Assembly (NCBI GenBank): GCA_046498285.1
Contig: JAWOBA010000210.1
Span: 1-50,168 of the forward strand
From: Desulfatiglandales bacterium
Lineage (GTDB): Bacteria; Desulfobacterota; DSM-4660; Desulfatiglandales; B25-G16
Reading direction: 5' to 3'
Length of the DNA: 50,168 nucleotides
The notes under the pieces were generated by a model. The model did no database searches, was not told the origin of the DNA, and saw only the letters and a program-made list of their open reading frames with translations. How positions within the stretch are numbered: position 1 is the stretch's first letter; each line of letters begins with the position of its first letter. Positions 34,759 to 43,854 of the stretch are shown piece by piece. The position numbers were made by a program, and so were the translations under genes.

Positions 34759-35074
34759 CATTTGCTGTGTTGTTATTACTATTTTGTCCTGAATAATGAA
34801 CTACCCCGAAGCAGAGCTGCGAGGAATTCTTTTGATTAAATAGATATTTTCTTTTTTGCCTATAGTCTATATGGCTGGAGGGAAAATTTGTACCTCGAGG
34901 TTATAGTGCATACGTGAAGAGGCTGGGATTCAGCGATTTTATTGCATGAGAGATTATTACTGCGATTAAGGTCAAAGGTCTTTGAACGTTAAGCCTAAAT
35001 CTAAAATAACACACGCCAAGGATCTAAGCATGGATGCAGGTTGGAGATATTAAAAATGGTACTGCTAAGAAAGA

Positions 35075-36247
35075 TCAGGAGAGATTGTTTATGAAACGTT
35101 GTATACGCTTGAGGGCATTCTTTAAAGTTTCCCGGTTGACTGTAAGTGCTATGCGAAGGCAACCTTTACCAGAGGGTCCAAATGCCTCTCCAGGAACAAC
35201 TACGACCTGTTCCTTATCCAATAAATCCAAGGCAAACTGGCGGCTATCTTGTGTAATTTGGCTGATATCAGGGAATATGTAAAAGGTGCCTTTAGGCCTG
35301 TGCACCTTCACACCGGGCAACCCTTGTAAAACTTCATATGCCTGATCACGGCGCCTGCGGAATTCTTCAACCATCGTATTGACTCCTTCTGGGTCAAACT
35401 GCAGAGCGGCCAGAGCAGCACGTTGGGAAACCGATGGAGCGCACGATGTAGTGGAACTCACCACTTTGATCATGGCCTCAATGAGCCATTCCGGCCCAAA
35501 AGCATATCCTATACGCCAACCAGTCATAGCAAAGGATTTGGAAAAGGAGTGAACCACAACCGTCCGTTCTCTCATTCCTGGCCGTGTTCGGATAGATTCG
35601 TGTGTCAATCCATCAAAAAGGTGCCTTTCATAAACTTCATCACTCAATACCAGCAAATCCCTTTCTACCACGATACGGGCAATATCATCCATGATTTCAG
35701 CAGAAATGACAGATCCTGTTGGGTTGTTTGGAGAGTTTAAGAGCAATACTTTGGTTTGTGGAGTAATTGCTGCTTCTATGGCGTGAGGGATTGGCACAAA
35801 GGCATTTTCAAAAGTGGTCTCAACAGGCACAGTCCTTCCACCAACCCATTCGATATGATGTTGGTATGGTGGAAAATAAGGATCTGGTACAAGGACTTCA
35901 TCACCGGGGTTTATTACTGCACGAAAGAAAGAGGTTAAACCTCCCACTCCTCCGGTAGTCACGACAATCTGACGAGTTGGAATGTTTTCGCCGAGGCGCT
36001 CATGCAGATACACCTGAATTGCGTTTAGCAATTCAGTATCTCCCTGCGATTGAGTATAGTGTGTGGCACCTTGAATCGCATCCTCAAGTGCCTGATTGCA
36101 TATCTCTCTGGGAGTGGTAAAGTCAGGCTCACCGATTCCTAAGGAAATGTAGTTTTCATACTGCGTGGCACGTTGCCACATTTCTCGAATACCGGAAAGA
36201 GGTATTTGACTGACAACATCTGAAATTTTGGATTTCATAATAATCAT
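35075..36247 (-). CDS. Class I/II PLP-dependent aminotransferase (aspartate aminotransferase-like)
   Basis: LNSPNNPTG, PLP-lysine motif SFSKSFAMTGWRIGY, and C-terminal ...GCLRIA. The start may be the fourth codon (ATG 36238). Confidence 0.9.
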   Translation of the reverse strand: MIIMKSKISDVVSQIPLSGIREMWQRATQYENYISLGIGEPDFTTPREICNQALEDAIQGATHYTQSQGDTELLNAIQVYLHERLGENIPTRQIVVTTGGVGGLTSFFRAVINPGDEVLVPDPYFPPYQHHIEWVGGRTVPVETTFENAFVPIPHAIEAAITPQTKVLLLNSPNNPTGSVISAEIMDDIARIVVERDLLVLSDEVYERHLFDGLTHESIRTRPGMRERTVVVHSFSKSFAMTGWRIGYAFGPEWLIEAMIKVVSSTTSCAPSVSQRAALAALQFDPEGVNTMVEEFRRRRDQAYEVLQGLPGVKVHRPKGTFYIFPDISQITQDSRQFALDLLDKEQVVVVPGEAFGPSGKGCLRIALTVNRETLKNALKRIQRFINNLS

Positions 36248-36313
36248 ATCTATATCAAAAAATATAAAATTTTGTCAAATACAAAAATCTCTATTTCATC
36301 ATTGTGATGATCT

Positions 36314-36399
36314 GAGACCTGGTTTGCATAACCCCTATTGATCTAAAGACTATGGGCTTTTTCAGGATGGTGAAAATCGCCGGGTTTTTCAAAGGTCTC
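36314..36399 (-). repeat. GAGACCTTTG-TIR hairpin repeat, copy D (internally deleted, inverted orientation)
   Basis: Reads GAGACCTGGTTTGCATAACCCCTATTGATCTAAAGACTATGGGCTTTTTCAGGATGGTGAAAATCGCCGGGTTTTTCAAAGGTCTC. Both end blocks of the family are joined without the central ~70 nt. Confidence 0.75.
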
Positions 36400-36740
36400 A
36401 ATCTTATCGACATAGCATACTGTTTCCTCTTTATACCAACCATTCACCTTTGAACCAACTAATTACCGAAAATTATTATTGCCTTCAGGGTAAGCTTTTC
36501 CATGGAAAAATCTCTTAGTTATATTGATTCAAGGGTATACTTCTGGATAAAGTAAATTATTTGAAAACCGCATTATTTTAGCAAACTTGTCAATTAAGCC
36601 CTAATCCAAAACCAGCCCTATCGTAACTCCAATACAGCTAAAAATATCTATTACAACCAACCCAACTGCTTTTTTTGTCCTTAGCCAGCTTATTGGAGTA
36701 TCAAATTTACTAAATTTCTCTAACCATTTATAACGAAAGT

Positions 36741-36780
36741 CACTCTTGTCCAAAATCGGTTTTTTATTTGGACAAGAGTG
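36741..36780. other. Perfect 14-bp stem-loop in a long non-coding region
   Basis: CACTCTTGTCCAAA (36741-36754), loop ATCGGTTTTTTA, TTTGGACAAGAGTG (36767-36780). The T-run sits in the loop, not 3' of the stem, so it is not a textbook terminator on either strand. Confidence 0.6.
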
Positions 36781-37483
36781 AAAGTAAATATAAAAATAGT
36801 CGTATCCCTATGATCTTTCGCCCTGGAATCAGAACCCCATTGTAATGATTTTAGATAGTTATGGCCAAAATGGCCAGGTTTCGGGGTTCATTTGAACCCT
36901 CATTTCACCTATGACTGTCGGATACAGGTTTAAAAATTTTTGACAATTTTAGATTAATTATTATATTCCTTGATTATAGTAAAAAAATAACTGAAGTAAA
37001 TTACACCACGTTACTTGCTGTTGAATCATTGGACAGGCTACCACCCTTGCAGCTTTGTCCTTTAATAGGTTTTCTGATTTTCAATCAATACTTTCTAGCT
37101 TGTCGAGGTTTAGCATGGCTGCAGTGCAGGTATTACCATTTTATGGAATCCAAAAAGGTCTTTGAGACTTTAATTGTGTGTGATCAAAAAAATGCTTTGT
37201 GCTTTTTATATATAAATAATAAAAACTACCTCACAGAAAAGCAGGAGGGTATTTCGGAATATTCATAATGGCCCTAAAGGGCAGAAAATGAAAAACTTTT
37301 CTGACTTGAGCGGATTAAAACATTGTTTGTTTAACGATCACCCGGGAGAGAGCTTTTAAACCAAAGGAACATTCTTGCAGATTTTCAAACTCCACCGGCT
37401 GGAATATTGCGGCACATTATGAAAAGATTTACCGATGTCGGATCTTAAGCAGCGCCAAATTTTTCTTAAAATGCGGAGGCACT

Positions 37484-38449
37484 ATGGAAATAAAAGAAAT
37501 TACCTTAGAAGAATTAGATGTTGAGACATTTATTGCGGAAAAAATTGAAGAGATTTCTTCAACTATCGGTGATGGGGTGGCTATCAATGCCCTATCTGGG
37601 GGTGTTGACTCATCAGTTGTAACAATCCTTGGACACAAGGCATTAGGAGATCGATTTAGAAGTTATTTCATTGATAATGCCCTTATGAGAGAAGGGGAGC
37701 CCCAGTATATTGTTTCAATATTCAAAAACTTAGGAGTAACTGTTGAACTTATCAATGCCAAAACCATCTTTTTTGAGGCATTAAAGGACCTCACCGACCC
37801 AGAAGAAAAAAGAGAGGCTATCACTCGGTCATTTTATAAAGATACCTTTGCTCACTTAGTGAACGAAACCGGTGCGAAATATCTTCTCCATGGCACTAAT
37901 TATACAGACATCGAAGAAACTGTTGCTGGAATCAAACGGCAGCATAATATCCTTGAGCAGCTTGGAATCGATCCAGAAAAAATGTATGGATATAAAATTT
38001 TAGAGCCATTGATTCAACTGCGTAAATCAGCGATTAGAAAGGTTGGTAAATCCCTTGGTTTACCGGAGGAACTTTTTAACCGGCCTCCTTTTCCTGGACC
38101 CGCACTGGCAACAAGAATAATTGGAGAAGTTACACCTGAAAGGGTAACAATTTTACGAGGGGCTACCAAAATTGTTGAAGAAAACCTATCAACTAGTGGA
38201 GCATTCCAGTACCTGGCTATTCTCCATGAGGACAAGGTCACTGGTATAAGGGAAGGAAAAAGAGACTATGGCTTGCAAATTGAGGTCAGATGTTGGGAGA
38301 GCAAAGATGCGAAAATAGGGGAACCCACTAGACTCCCCTATGATATCCTAGAGCGGTTAGCTGATCGCATAACAACGGAAGTGCCCGGGGTTGTCAGTGT
38401 TACATATAATATAACCAAAAAACCACCTTCCACCATAGAGGCGATTTAG
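37484..38449 (+). CDS. guaA: GMP synthase ATP-pyrophosphatase subunit (GuaA C-terminal half only; no glutamine amidotransferase domain)
   Basis: 321 aa. PP-loop LSGGVDSSV. Collinear with the E. coli GuaA C-terminal half (FIDNALMR, HGTNYTDIEE, LEPL..LRK..IRK.G..LGLP, PFPGP.LA.RI.GEV). C-terminal KKPPSTIEAI matches GKPPATIEWE. RBS GGAGG. Confidence 0.85.
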   Translation: MEIKEITLEELDVETFIAEKIEEISSTIGDGVAINALSGGVDSSVVTILGHKALGDRFRSYFIDNALMREGEPQYIVSIFKNLGVTVELINAKTIFFEALKDLTDPEEKREAITRSFYKDTFAHLVNETGAKYLLHGTNYTDIEETVAGIKRQHNILEQLGIDPEKMYGYKILEPLIQLRKSAIRKVGKSLGLPEELFNRPPFPGPALATRIIGEVTPERVTILRGATKIVEENLSTSGAFQYLAILHEDKVTGIREGKRDYGLQIEVRCWESKDAKIGEPTRLPYDILERLADRITTEVPGVVSVTYNITKKPPSTIEAI

Positions 38450-38636
38450 ATCAGTTTCTTCCGGATATGATGTCGAGTTAAATCATCTTCAATCGGGACC
38501 CACAAAATGCTATATTTTAAACCCTTTACAAATTGTTCGTACAGAAAATTAATTGAGAGAGGATGAGCTTAACATTGACTCATAGTATTTGAATGTTTAA
38601 CAATTTGCTATGATTAAAAAATAATATAAAGGTGAT

Positions 38637-39629
38637 ATGAAAAATATTGATAAGCGTTATTTGAATAAGGGAATCGATAATTTCAGAAAATCAATGATCC
38701 TTGTTCTTGGCGATATTATGTTAGATAGATTTATATGGGGAAATGTCTCAAGAATCTCTCCTGAAGCCCCTGTACCGGTAGTGGAAGTTAAGCATGAAAC
38801 CGCTATGTTGGGTGGTGCTACTAATGTTGTTAATAATCTCATCTCCTTAGGTGCGAATGTGATGATGTGTGGAGTTTTGGGAGGTGATCCTACAGGAAAC
38901 GAGATAATTTCACAATTACATGAATTAAATGTTGATACTGCTGGTATTGCTATAGAACCGGATAGGTCGACGAGTGTAAAAACAAGAATTATAGCCCATG
39001 ATCAACAGGTTGTAAGGTATGATCGGGAAAATAAAATACCATTAAAACCAAAGTCTGTTAAAGGTATTCTCGATTTTATTCATAAGAAAAAGGGAAATCT
39101 TTCTGCCATTATAGTCTCTGATTATGGTAAGGGTGTTATATCACGCCAGCTTCTGAATGGTTTAAAAAACATAACATCAGATTATAATGTTCCAGTAACT
39201 GTAGATCCATATGTTAAAAATTTTCCGCTCTACAAAGATGTAACTGTAATCACGCCCAATCATACTCAGGCAGGAGAAATAGCAGGGCTGGAAATTAGTA
39301 ATGAAGAAGATCTCAAGAAGGTAGGGCAAAAATTATTACATAATAAGAAATGTAAAGCCTTGTTGATTACCAGGGGTAAGGATGGTATGACCCTCTTTGA
39401 AGAAGAGGGAAGGGTAACGCATATAAAATCTATCGCGAGAAAAGTATATGACGTGACTGGTGCTGGAGATACAGTTATTGCTACGCTTACCCTTGGTATA
39501 GCTGGAGGGCTTGATATAAAATCTGCTGCCTATCTATCTAATCTTGCAGGAGGTATCGTGGTTGGCGAGATAGGAACGTCAACGGCAAAAATTGATAATC
39601 TTAAAGAGTTGATTGACTCCCATATTTAA
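38637..39629 (+). CDS. rfaE1: D-glycero-beta-D-manno-heptose-7-phosphate kinase (RfaE domain I, PfkB family)
   Basis: ILVLGDIMLDRFIWGNVSRISPEAPVPVV is the HldE/RfaE kinase N-terminal signature. C-terminal DVTGAGDTV is the PfkB motif. Confidence 0.88.
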   Translation: MKNIDKRYLNKGIDNFRKSMILVLGDIMLDRFIWGNVSRISPEAPVPVVEVKHETAMLGGATNVVNNLISLGANVMMCGVLGGDPTGNEIISQLHELNVDTAGIAIEPDRSTSVKTRIIAHDQQVVRYDRENKIPLKPKSVKGILDFIHKKKGNLSAIIVSDYGKGVISRQLLNGLKNITSDYNVPVTVDPYVKNFPLYKDVTVITPNHTQAGEIAGLEISNEEDLKKVGQKLLHNKKCKALLITRGKDGMTLFEEEGRVTHIKSIARKVYDVTGAGDTVIATLTLGIAGGLDIKSAAYLSNLAGGIVVGEIGTSTAKIDNLKELIDSHI

Positions 39630-39702
39630 TATTCGTTGACTGTTGTTTGTTGCCTTTTAAAATCAACTAATCACTGGCATCAACTAACTACTTACATCAC
39701 CA

Positions 39703-40236
39703 ATGAGCACTCCTCAGGAAGAAAAAAAGGTAAAAATGATAACTAGTATCTTTTCTCGAGAAGAGAAATTGATACAGAAGGCTATTATGCAAATGAAGAT
39801 ATTATTCGGTCCAACGGACTGGATAAGCGAGACATTTCCTTTCAACAGAACACGATATTATGCAAAAGAAATGGGATGGCCACTTTATAGAAAATTTATA
39901 TCGTTTTCCAGGCTTATTTACCCAGATTCTATTGTCGATATCAAGTTGAAAACCAATAAAATTGAAAATGAGCATCGGTTTAATAAAAAAAGGCAGATTA
40001 ACATTGATCCAGGCTATATATCTTTAGAAAGACTAGTTCTTGCTACCGGAAAAAATTATACCCATAGAATATATTTAACAAAGGGAATATATGCAGACCT
40101 CACACTTGTCTTTCAGGCAGGTACCTTTCATCCTTTATTATGGACATATCCTGATTATAAAGATGAAGCAATCATTAGTTGTTTTAATGTGGTAAGAAAT
40201 AATTATTTACAACACCTAAGACAAAAGGAGCAATAG
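39703..40236 (+). CDS. DUF4416 family protein
   Basis: 177 aa. FPFNRTRYYAKEMG, INIDPGYISLERLVLATGKNYTHRIYL and TYPDY match my recollection of the DUF4416 pattern. No search was run. Confidence 0.6.
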   Translation: MSTPQEEKKVKMITSIFSREEKLIQKAIMQMKILFGPTDWISETFPFNRTRYYAKEMGWPLYRKFISFSRLIYPDSIVDIKLKTNKIENEHRFNKKRQINIDPGYISLERLVLATGKNYTHRIYLTKGIYADLTLVFQAGTFHPLLWTYPDYKDEAIISCFNVVRNNYLQHLRQKEQ

Positions 40237-40246
40237 ACGGATAATC

Positions 40247-41125
40247 ATGCTTAAAAGTATGACTGCATATGGCAGTGCTGAATCCTTAAAGGATAATTTT
40301 GAGTTTATTGTAGAATTACGGTCAGTAAATTATCGATATAGAGACATTATAGTAAGACTTCCTCAAAGCTTGCAAATATTTGAGGAAAAGATCAGGGCTA
40401 TAGTATCTTCTACAGTTAAGAGAGGCAGAATTGAAGTTTCCATCCAGATTAAAAATAACGGAGATGAAGGTGTACAATTTGAATTAAACAGGCCATTGGT
40501 AAAGGCTTATATAAAGGTTTTCAAAGAGCTGAATGAGGAACTTGAATGTAATCAACATATCGATCCATGTTTTTTCTCTCAATTAAAGGATATTATTATT
40601 ACTAAACAGGATAGTATGGATATAGAATATATATGGTCTGATTTAGAAGAGGTTGTTAATAAAGCCGTGCGCTCAATGGAATCTATGAGAATAAATGAAG
40701 GTAGGGCCTTGGAGAAGGATTGTTTAGAACGATTAAATAGGATCAAGGAATATATTGATGAAATAAGAACTAGGACCATGGTAATCGTTGAAAGCTACAG
40801 AGATAAATTAATACAGAAAATTAATAAATTAATAAAACCCATTGAAGTAAATGAAGATCGCGTACTACAAGAAGTAGCTTTAATGGCAGATAGATCTGAT
40901 ATTACAGAAGAGCTTGTTAGAGTAGAAAGCCACTTAGAGCAGTTTAGGAATTTCATGAATCATGATGATGTGATTGGAAGAAAGCTGGATTTTTTATTGC
41001 AGGAGATAAATAGAGAGGTTAATACAATGGGATCTAAGGCGGCGGATTCCTTTGTTTCTCAGCATGCGGTAGAAATTAAGTCTGAATTAGAAAAATTGAG
41101 AGAGCAGATTCAAAATGTGGAATAA
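40247..41125 (+). CDS. yicC: YicC family stress-induced protein (endoribonuclease YicC-like)
   Basis: N-terminus MLKSMTAYGSAE. C-terminus DITEELVRVESHL...GRKLDFLLQEINREVNTMGSKA...LREQIQNVE. Confidence 0.9.
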   Translation: MLKSMTAYGSAESLKDNFEFIVELRSVNYRYRDIIVRLPQSLQIFEEKIRAIVSSTVKRGRIEVSIQIKNNGDEGVQFELNRPLVKAYIKVFKELNEELECNQHIDPCFFSQLKDIIITKQDSMDIEYIWSDLEEVVNKAVRSMESMRINEGRALEKDCLERLNRIKEYIDEIRTRTMVIVESYRDKLIQKINKLIKPIEVNEDRVLQEVALMADRSDITEELVRVESHLEQFRNFMNHDDVIGRKLDFLLQEINREVNTMGSKAADSFVSQHAVEIKSELEKLREQIQNVE

Positions 41126-41221
41126 TAATCTAAAAATATTAAGTTTTTTCTGATGCAAATCTGCCTGCCGTTTAGCACGAGATCCTGCATCCTATGCCGT
41201 TAGATATGGGAGATAAAGCTT

Positions 41222-41491
41222 ATGGATCCAATTTTACTTAACATCGGCTTTGGGAATGTGGTTATATCAAGAAGAGTAGTAGCCATTATCTCACCAGCTT
41301 CAGCACCGGTTAGACGACTTCGTGAAGAGGCGAGAGATGACAAGAGGCTTATTGATGCAACTCAAGGCAGAAAAACTCGATCTGTAATTATAACAGATAG
41401 CAATCATGTAATACTATCTGCTATTCAATCTGAGACTATAGCACAACGATTTGCCCCAGATGGTACAATACGAAGTGAGGATTTGATATAA
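41222..41491 (+). CDS. remA: RemA/DUF370 family regulator
   Basis: 89 aa. [29 protein letters not shown]...[25 protein letters not shown] is the RemA pattern. yicC-remA-gmk synteny. Confidence 0.88.
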   Translation: MDPILLNIGFGNVVISRRVVAIISPASAPVRRLREEARDDKRLIDATQGRKTRSVIITDSNHVILSAIQSETIAQRFAPDGTIRSEDLI

Positions 41492-41526
41492 ACGATGGAA
41501 GATTAAGTAAACTGACAGTAAAAGAT

Positions 41527-42138
41527 ATGAAAGAAAAAGGACAAATCTTTATAATTACCGCTCCCTCAGGCACCGGAAAAAGCACGATAATAAAGAATAT
41601 AATAGAAAAGGATATGGAAGGAATTGGTTATTCCATTTCTCATACTACTCGAAAACCGAGAAAAGGGGAGGTTAGCGGGTTAGATTATCACTTTGTTGAC
41701 AGAAACAATTTTGAAAAAATGATTGAGGATCATGCATTTGTTGAATGGGCCGTTGTCTATGATCACTTCTATGGCACTTCTATTTCAAGTATAAATCATG
41801 AATTATCCTCAGGAAAAGATCTTTTGATGGATCTCGACATTCAAGGGTCTCAGGCGATAAAAAGTCAATTTCCTGAGTCTTTATCAATATTCATTATTCC
41901 TCCCTCAATGGATATTCTCAAGGAGAGACTGCAAAAGCGAGCCACGAATGATACAATGAATATAGAGCTACGCTTAAATAAGGCAGTCGAGGAGATTCAA
42001 AGGTGCCGAGATTATGATTTCATTATTCTCAACGATGATCTAAGAAAAGCTATAAAAGAAATACAAGCGATCATTGTTGCACAAAGGGCCACCAAAAATA
42101 GACGGTTTCCTCTCATTAAAAAGATGTTCCACTTGTAA
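41527..42138 (+). CDS. gmk: Guanylate kinase
   Basis: P-loop APSGTGKST, SHTTRKPRKGE, YHFV, EWAVVYDHFYGT. Confidence 0.95.
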   Translation: MKEKGQIFIITAPSGTGKSTIIKNIIEKDMEGIGYSISHTTRKPRKGEVSGLDYHFVDRNNFEKMIEDHAFVEWAVVYDHFYGTSISSINHELSSGKDLLMDLDIQGSQAIKSQFPESLSIFIIPPSMDILKERLQKRATNDTMNIELRLNKAVEEIQRCRDYDFIILNDDLRKAIKEIQAIIVAQRATKNRRFPLIKKMFHL

Positions 42139-42300
42139 AAAGTAACTGTTGAGGTTATAAGATTCATCGTTCGCAGTTAACTTTCTTTCGGGATTAATAT
42201 ATGCCTGCTTGGATATAATTAAGCAGGGAAGCTGTGATGAATCTTAGGCCTTTAACTAAAACCGGTATGAAAAATACCTATAATTTATAGGGTTGAACAT

Positions 42301-43035
42301 TTGCCCCAGGTTGTATGCGGCATAAATGCGGTTAAGGAAACCCTTAAGCATGGCAAAGAGATAATTGAACTCTTCATTGCCAAGGGGAAAAAGTTTGAAC
42401 GGCTGCAAGAAATTCTCGATATCGCCAATCGGAGAAAAATACCAATCAGATTCAAAGACAGGTTTTATTTAGATCAAATATCATCTTCCGTATCCTCTCA
42501 CCAGGGCGTAATAGCTATGGTAAGAAACTATCATTATATCCATTTGGATGATTTGATAGAATGTGCCATTGCTACTAGCAATAAAGCCCTTCTCATTGCC
42601 GCTGATCACATTACTGACACAGGGAATCTTGGGTCTCTAATACGAACAGCTGAATTTTTTGGGGTTCAAGGCCTTATTTTGCCAAAGGATAGATCTGCTT
42701 TAATAAACGATGCTGTTTATAAGAGATCAGCAGGCGGATCAGCGTATTTACCTGTAACCAAAGTGGTTAATTTAGCGAGGACTCTCAAACAATTAGCAGA
42801 CAGAAATTTTTGGATAGTCGGGGCTGCAGGAGAAAGCAGCACGAATATCTATGAATTTGACTGGAATAGAAATCTTGTTCTGATAGTAGGAAATGAAAGT
42901 AAAGGATTGAGTAAGGTTGTCAGGGATCAATGTCATGATCTTGTGAGTATACCACGATTAGGAAATCTTACTTCTCTCAATGTATCCGTTGCCGCAGGAA
43001 TTATACTTTCTGAAATAGTAAGGCAAAGGGGATAG
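42301..43035 (+). CDS. rlmB: 23S rRNA (guanosine-2'-O)-methyltransferase RlmB (SpoU/TrmH family)
   Basis: TTG is the only available start (in-frame stop at 42268). N-terminus GINAVKETLKH. SpoU motifs LIVGNESKGLS and IPRLGNLTSLNVSVAAGIIL. Confidence 0.85.
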   Translation: MPQVVCGINAVKETLKHGKEIIELFIAKGKKFERLQEILDIANRRKIPIRFKDRFYLDQISSSVSSHQGVIAMVRNYHYIHLDDLIECAIATSNKALLIAADHITDTGNLGSLIRTAEFFGVQGLILPKDRSALINDAVYKRSAGGSAYLPVTKVVNLARTLKQLADRNFWIVGAAGESSTNIYEFDWNRNLVLIVGNESKGLSKVVRDQCHDLVSIPRLGNLTSLNVSVAAGIILSEIVRQRG

Positions 43036-43106
43036 ATGTCAAATTTTCTAGAAAGATAATATAATATGGAAACAAACAAATAATCACGACAGTTCGTATC
43101 ACAAAT

Positions 43107-43271
43107 ATGAAAGGATTCTTTGTTGGACACGCATCAGATTTTGAAGGATTAACAGGTGTTGCTGTTATACTTACACCTTCGGGCATGGCCGGTGGGATTC
43201 ATAGAGGTCTAAATGTTTTCTTCCGAAAATATCATCAATCTCATATCTGGAAAATTTTTAAAGAGAATTAA
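43107..43271 (+). pseudogene. Possible N-terminal remnant of an S58 (DmpA/P1-type) peptidase gene
   Basis: The 54-codon ORF MKGFFVGHASDFEGLTGVAVILTPSGMAGGIHRG... matches the conserved start of P1/S58 peptidases (..VGH.TD.E.LTG.TVIL.P.GA.AGVDVRG). It then diverges and stops at 43271. No continuation is seen in other frames. Confidence 0.35.
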
Positions 43272-43607
43272 ATGGAAGGTAATTTCAGTGATCAGCTGAT
43301 GAGAATAGCTAAGGCAGCCTGCTTAGGATTCATTGGCGCTACCGCAATGATTCATATAACGGTACTTTTTATACCAATCTCTAGAGATTTTGAAAATAGG
43401 TATCTTGGTGAAAGACATCCTGAATTTGAGACAGCAACATTATTAATTATTGGGTTTCTGACGTTAATTATGGAACCATTAACCTATATAGTAAACTTGG
43501 CAGTATCTTTAGAAAAATATGGTTCCATCGCTTTTCTCTGGCTTGCACCTGTGTGTATTACTCAATCATATGCATTTGTCAGGTGGACTTTCAGAAAGAA
43601 ATTCTGA
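43272..43607 (+). CDS. Hypothetical membrane protein
   Basis: 111 aa with three hydrophobic stretches. The ATG directly follows a TAA. No recognisable family. Confidence 0.5.
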   Translation: MEGNFSDQLMRIAKAACLGFIGATAMIHITVLFIPISRDFENRYLGERHPEFETATLLIIGFLTLIMEPLTYIVNLAVSLEKYGSIAFLWLAPVCITQSYAFVRWTFRKKF

Positions 43608-43624
43608 GCAATGGATTGAGAGCA

Positions 43625-43771
43625 ATGAAATATACCTGTGTAGATTATCGCTCTGAGATGAAACTTTTGGGCCTAAAAAGAAGATTAAAAGAAGACCATC
43701 TAACTAAAAAGGAAAGGGCTCAAATAGTTCAAGAGATTAAGGAATTGGAAAAGGAGATGCAAATGAATTAG
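43625..43771 (+). CDS. Small hypothetical protein (48 aa, charged helical C-terminus)
   Basis: Internal ATG of the 43553-43771 ORF, 18 nt after the previous stop. MKYTCVDYRSEMKLLGLKRRLKEDHLTKKERAQIVQEIKELEKEMQMN. Coding status uncertain. Confidence 0.35.
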   Translation: MKYTCVDYRSEMKLLGLKRRLKEDHLTKKERAQIVQEIKELEKEMQMN

Positions 43772-43854
43772 GGTACTTTCTCTTTGGACTATATATGCTA
43801 AGATCAGCAAATCTATGACAGGTAAACAGTATAAATTTATCATTACAGCTTTTG

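Noticed and set aside
35034-35282. 82-aa plus-strand ORF overlapping the 3' end of the aminotransferase gene
   Set aside because: It is antisense to a strongly supported gene and has no start context or motif.
36601-36753. About 50-codon minus-strand frame ending ...KKAVGLVVIDIFSCIGVTIGLVLD
   Set aside because: It has no ATG. The only candidate start is a TTG inside the 14-bp hairpin arm, and there is no RBS. It may be a decayed gene remnant but cannot be supported as a CDS.
36860-36900. tRNA-like T-arm impression (GGGGTTCATTTGAACCC)
   Set aside because: The stem-loop geometry is wrong (a 2-nt loop if fully paired), and no acceptor, D or anticodon arms could be built around it.
37029-37268. 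79-aa plus-strand ORF in the 1.2-kb non-coding region
   Set aside because: It has a TTG start and no RBS. The sequence is Cys/Leu/Phe-rich and odd, with no recognisable motif. It is more likely non-coding, though the region itself is flagged as a finding.
42933-43186. Two minus-strand ORFs (42933-43130, 43001-43186) at the rlmB 3' end
   Set aside because: They overlap rlmB and the putative S58 remnant in antisense and have no supporting signals.
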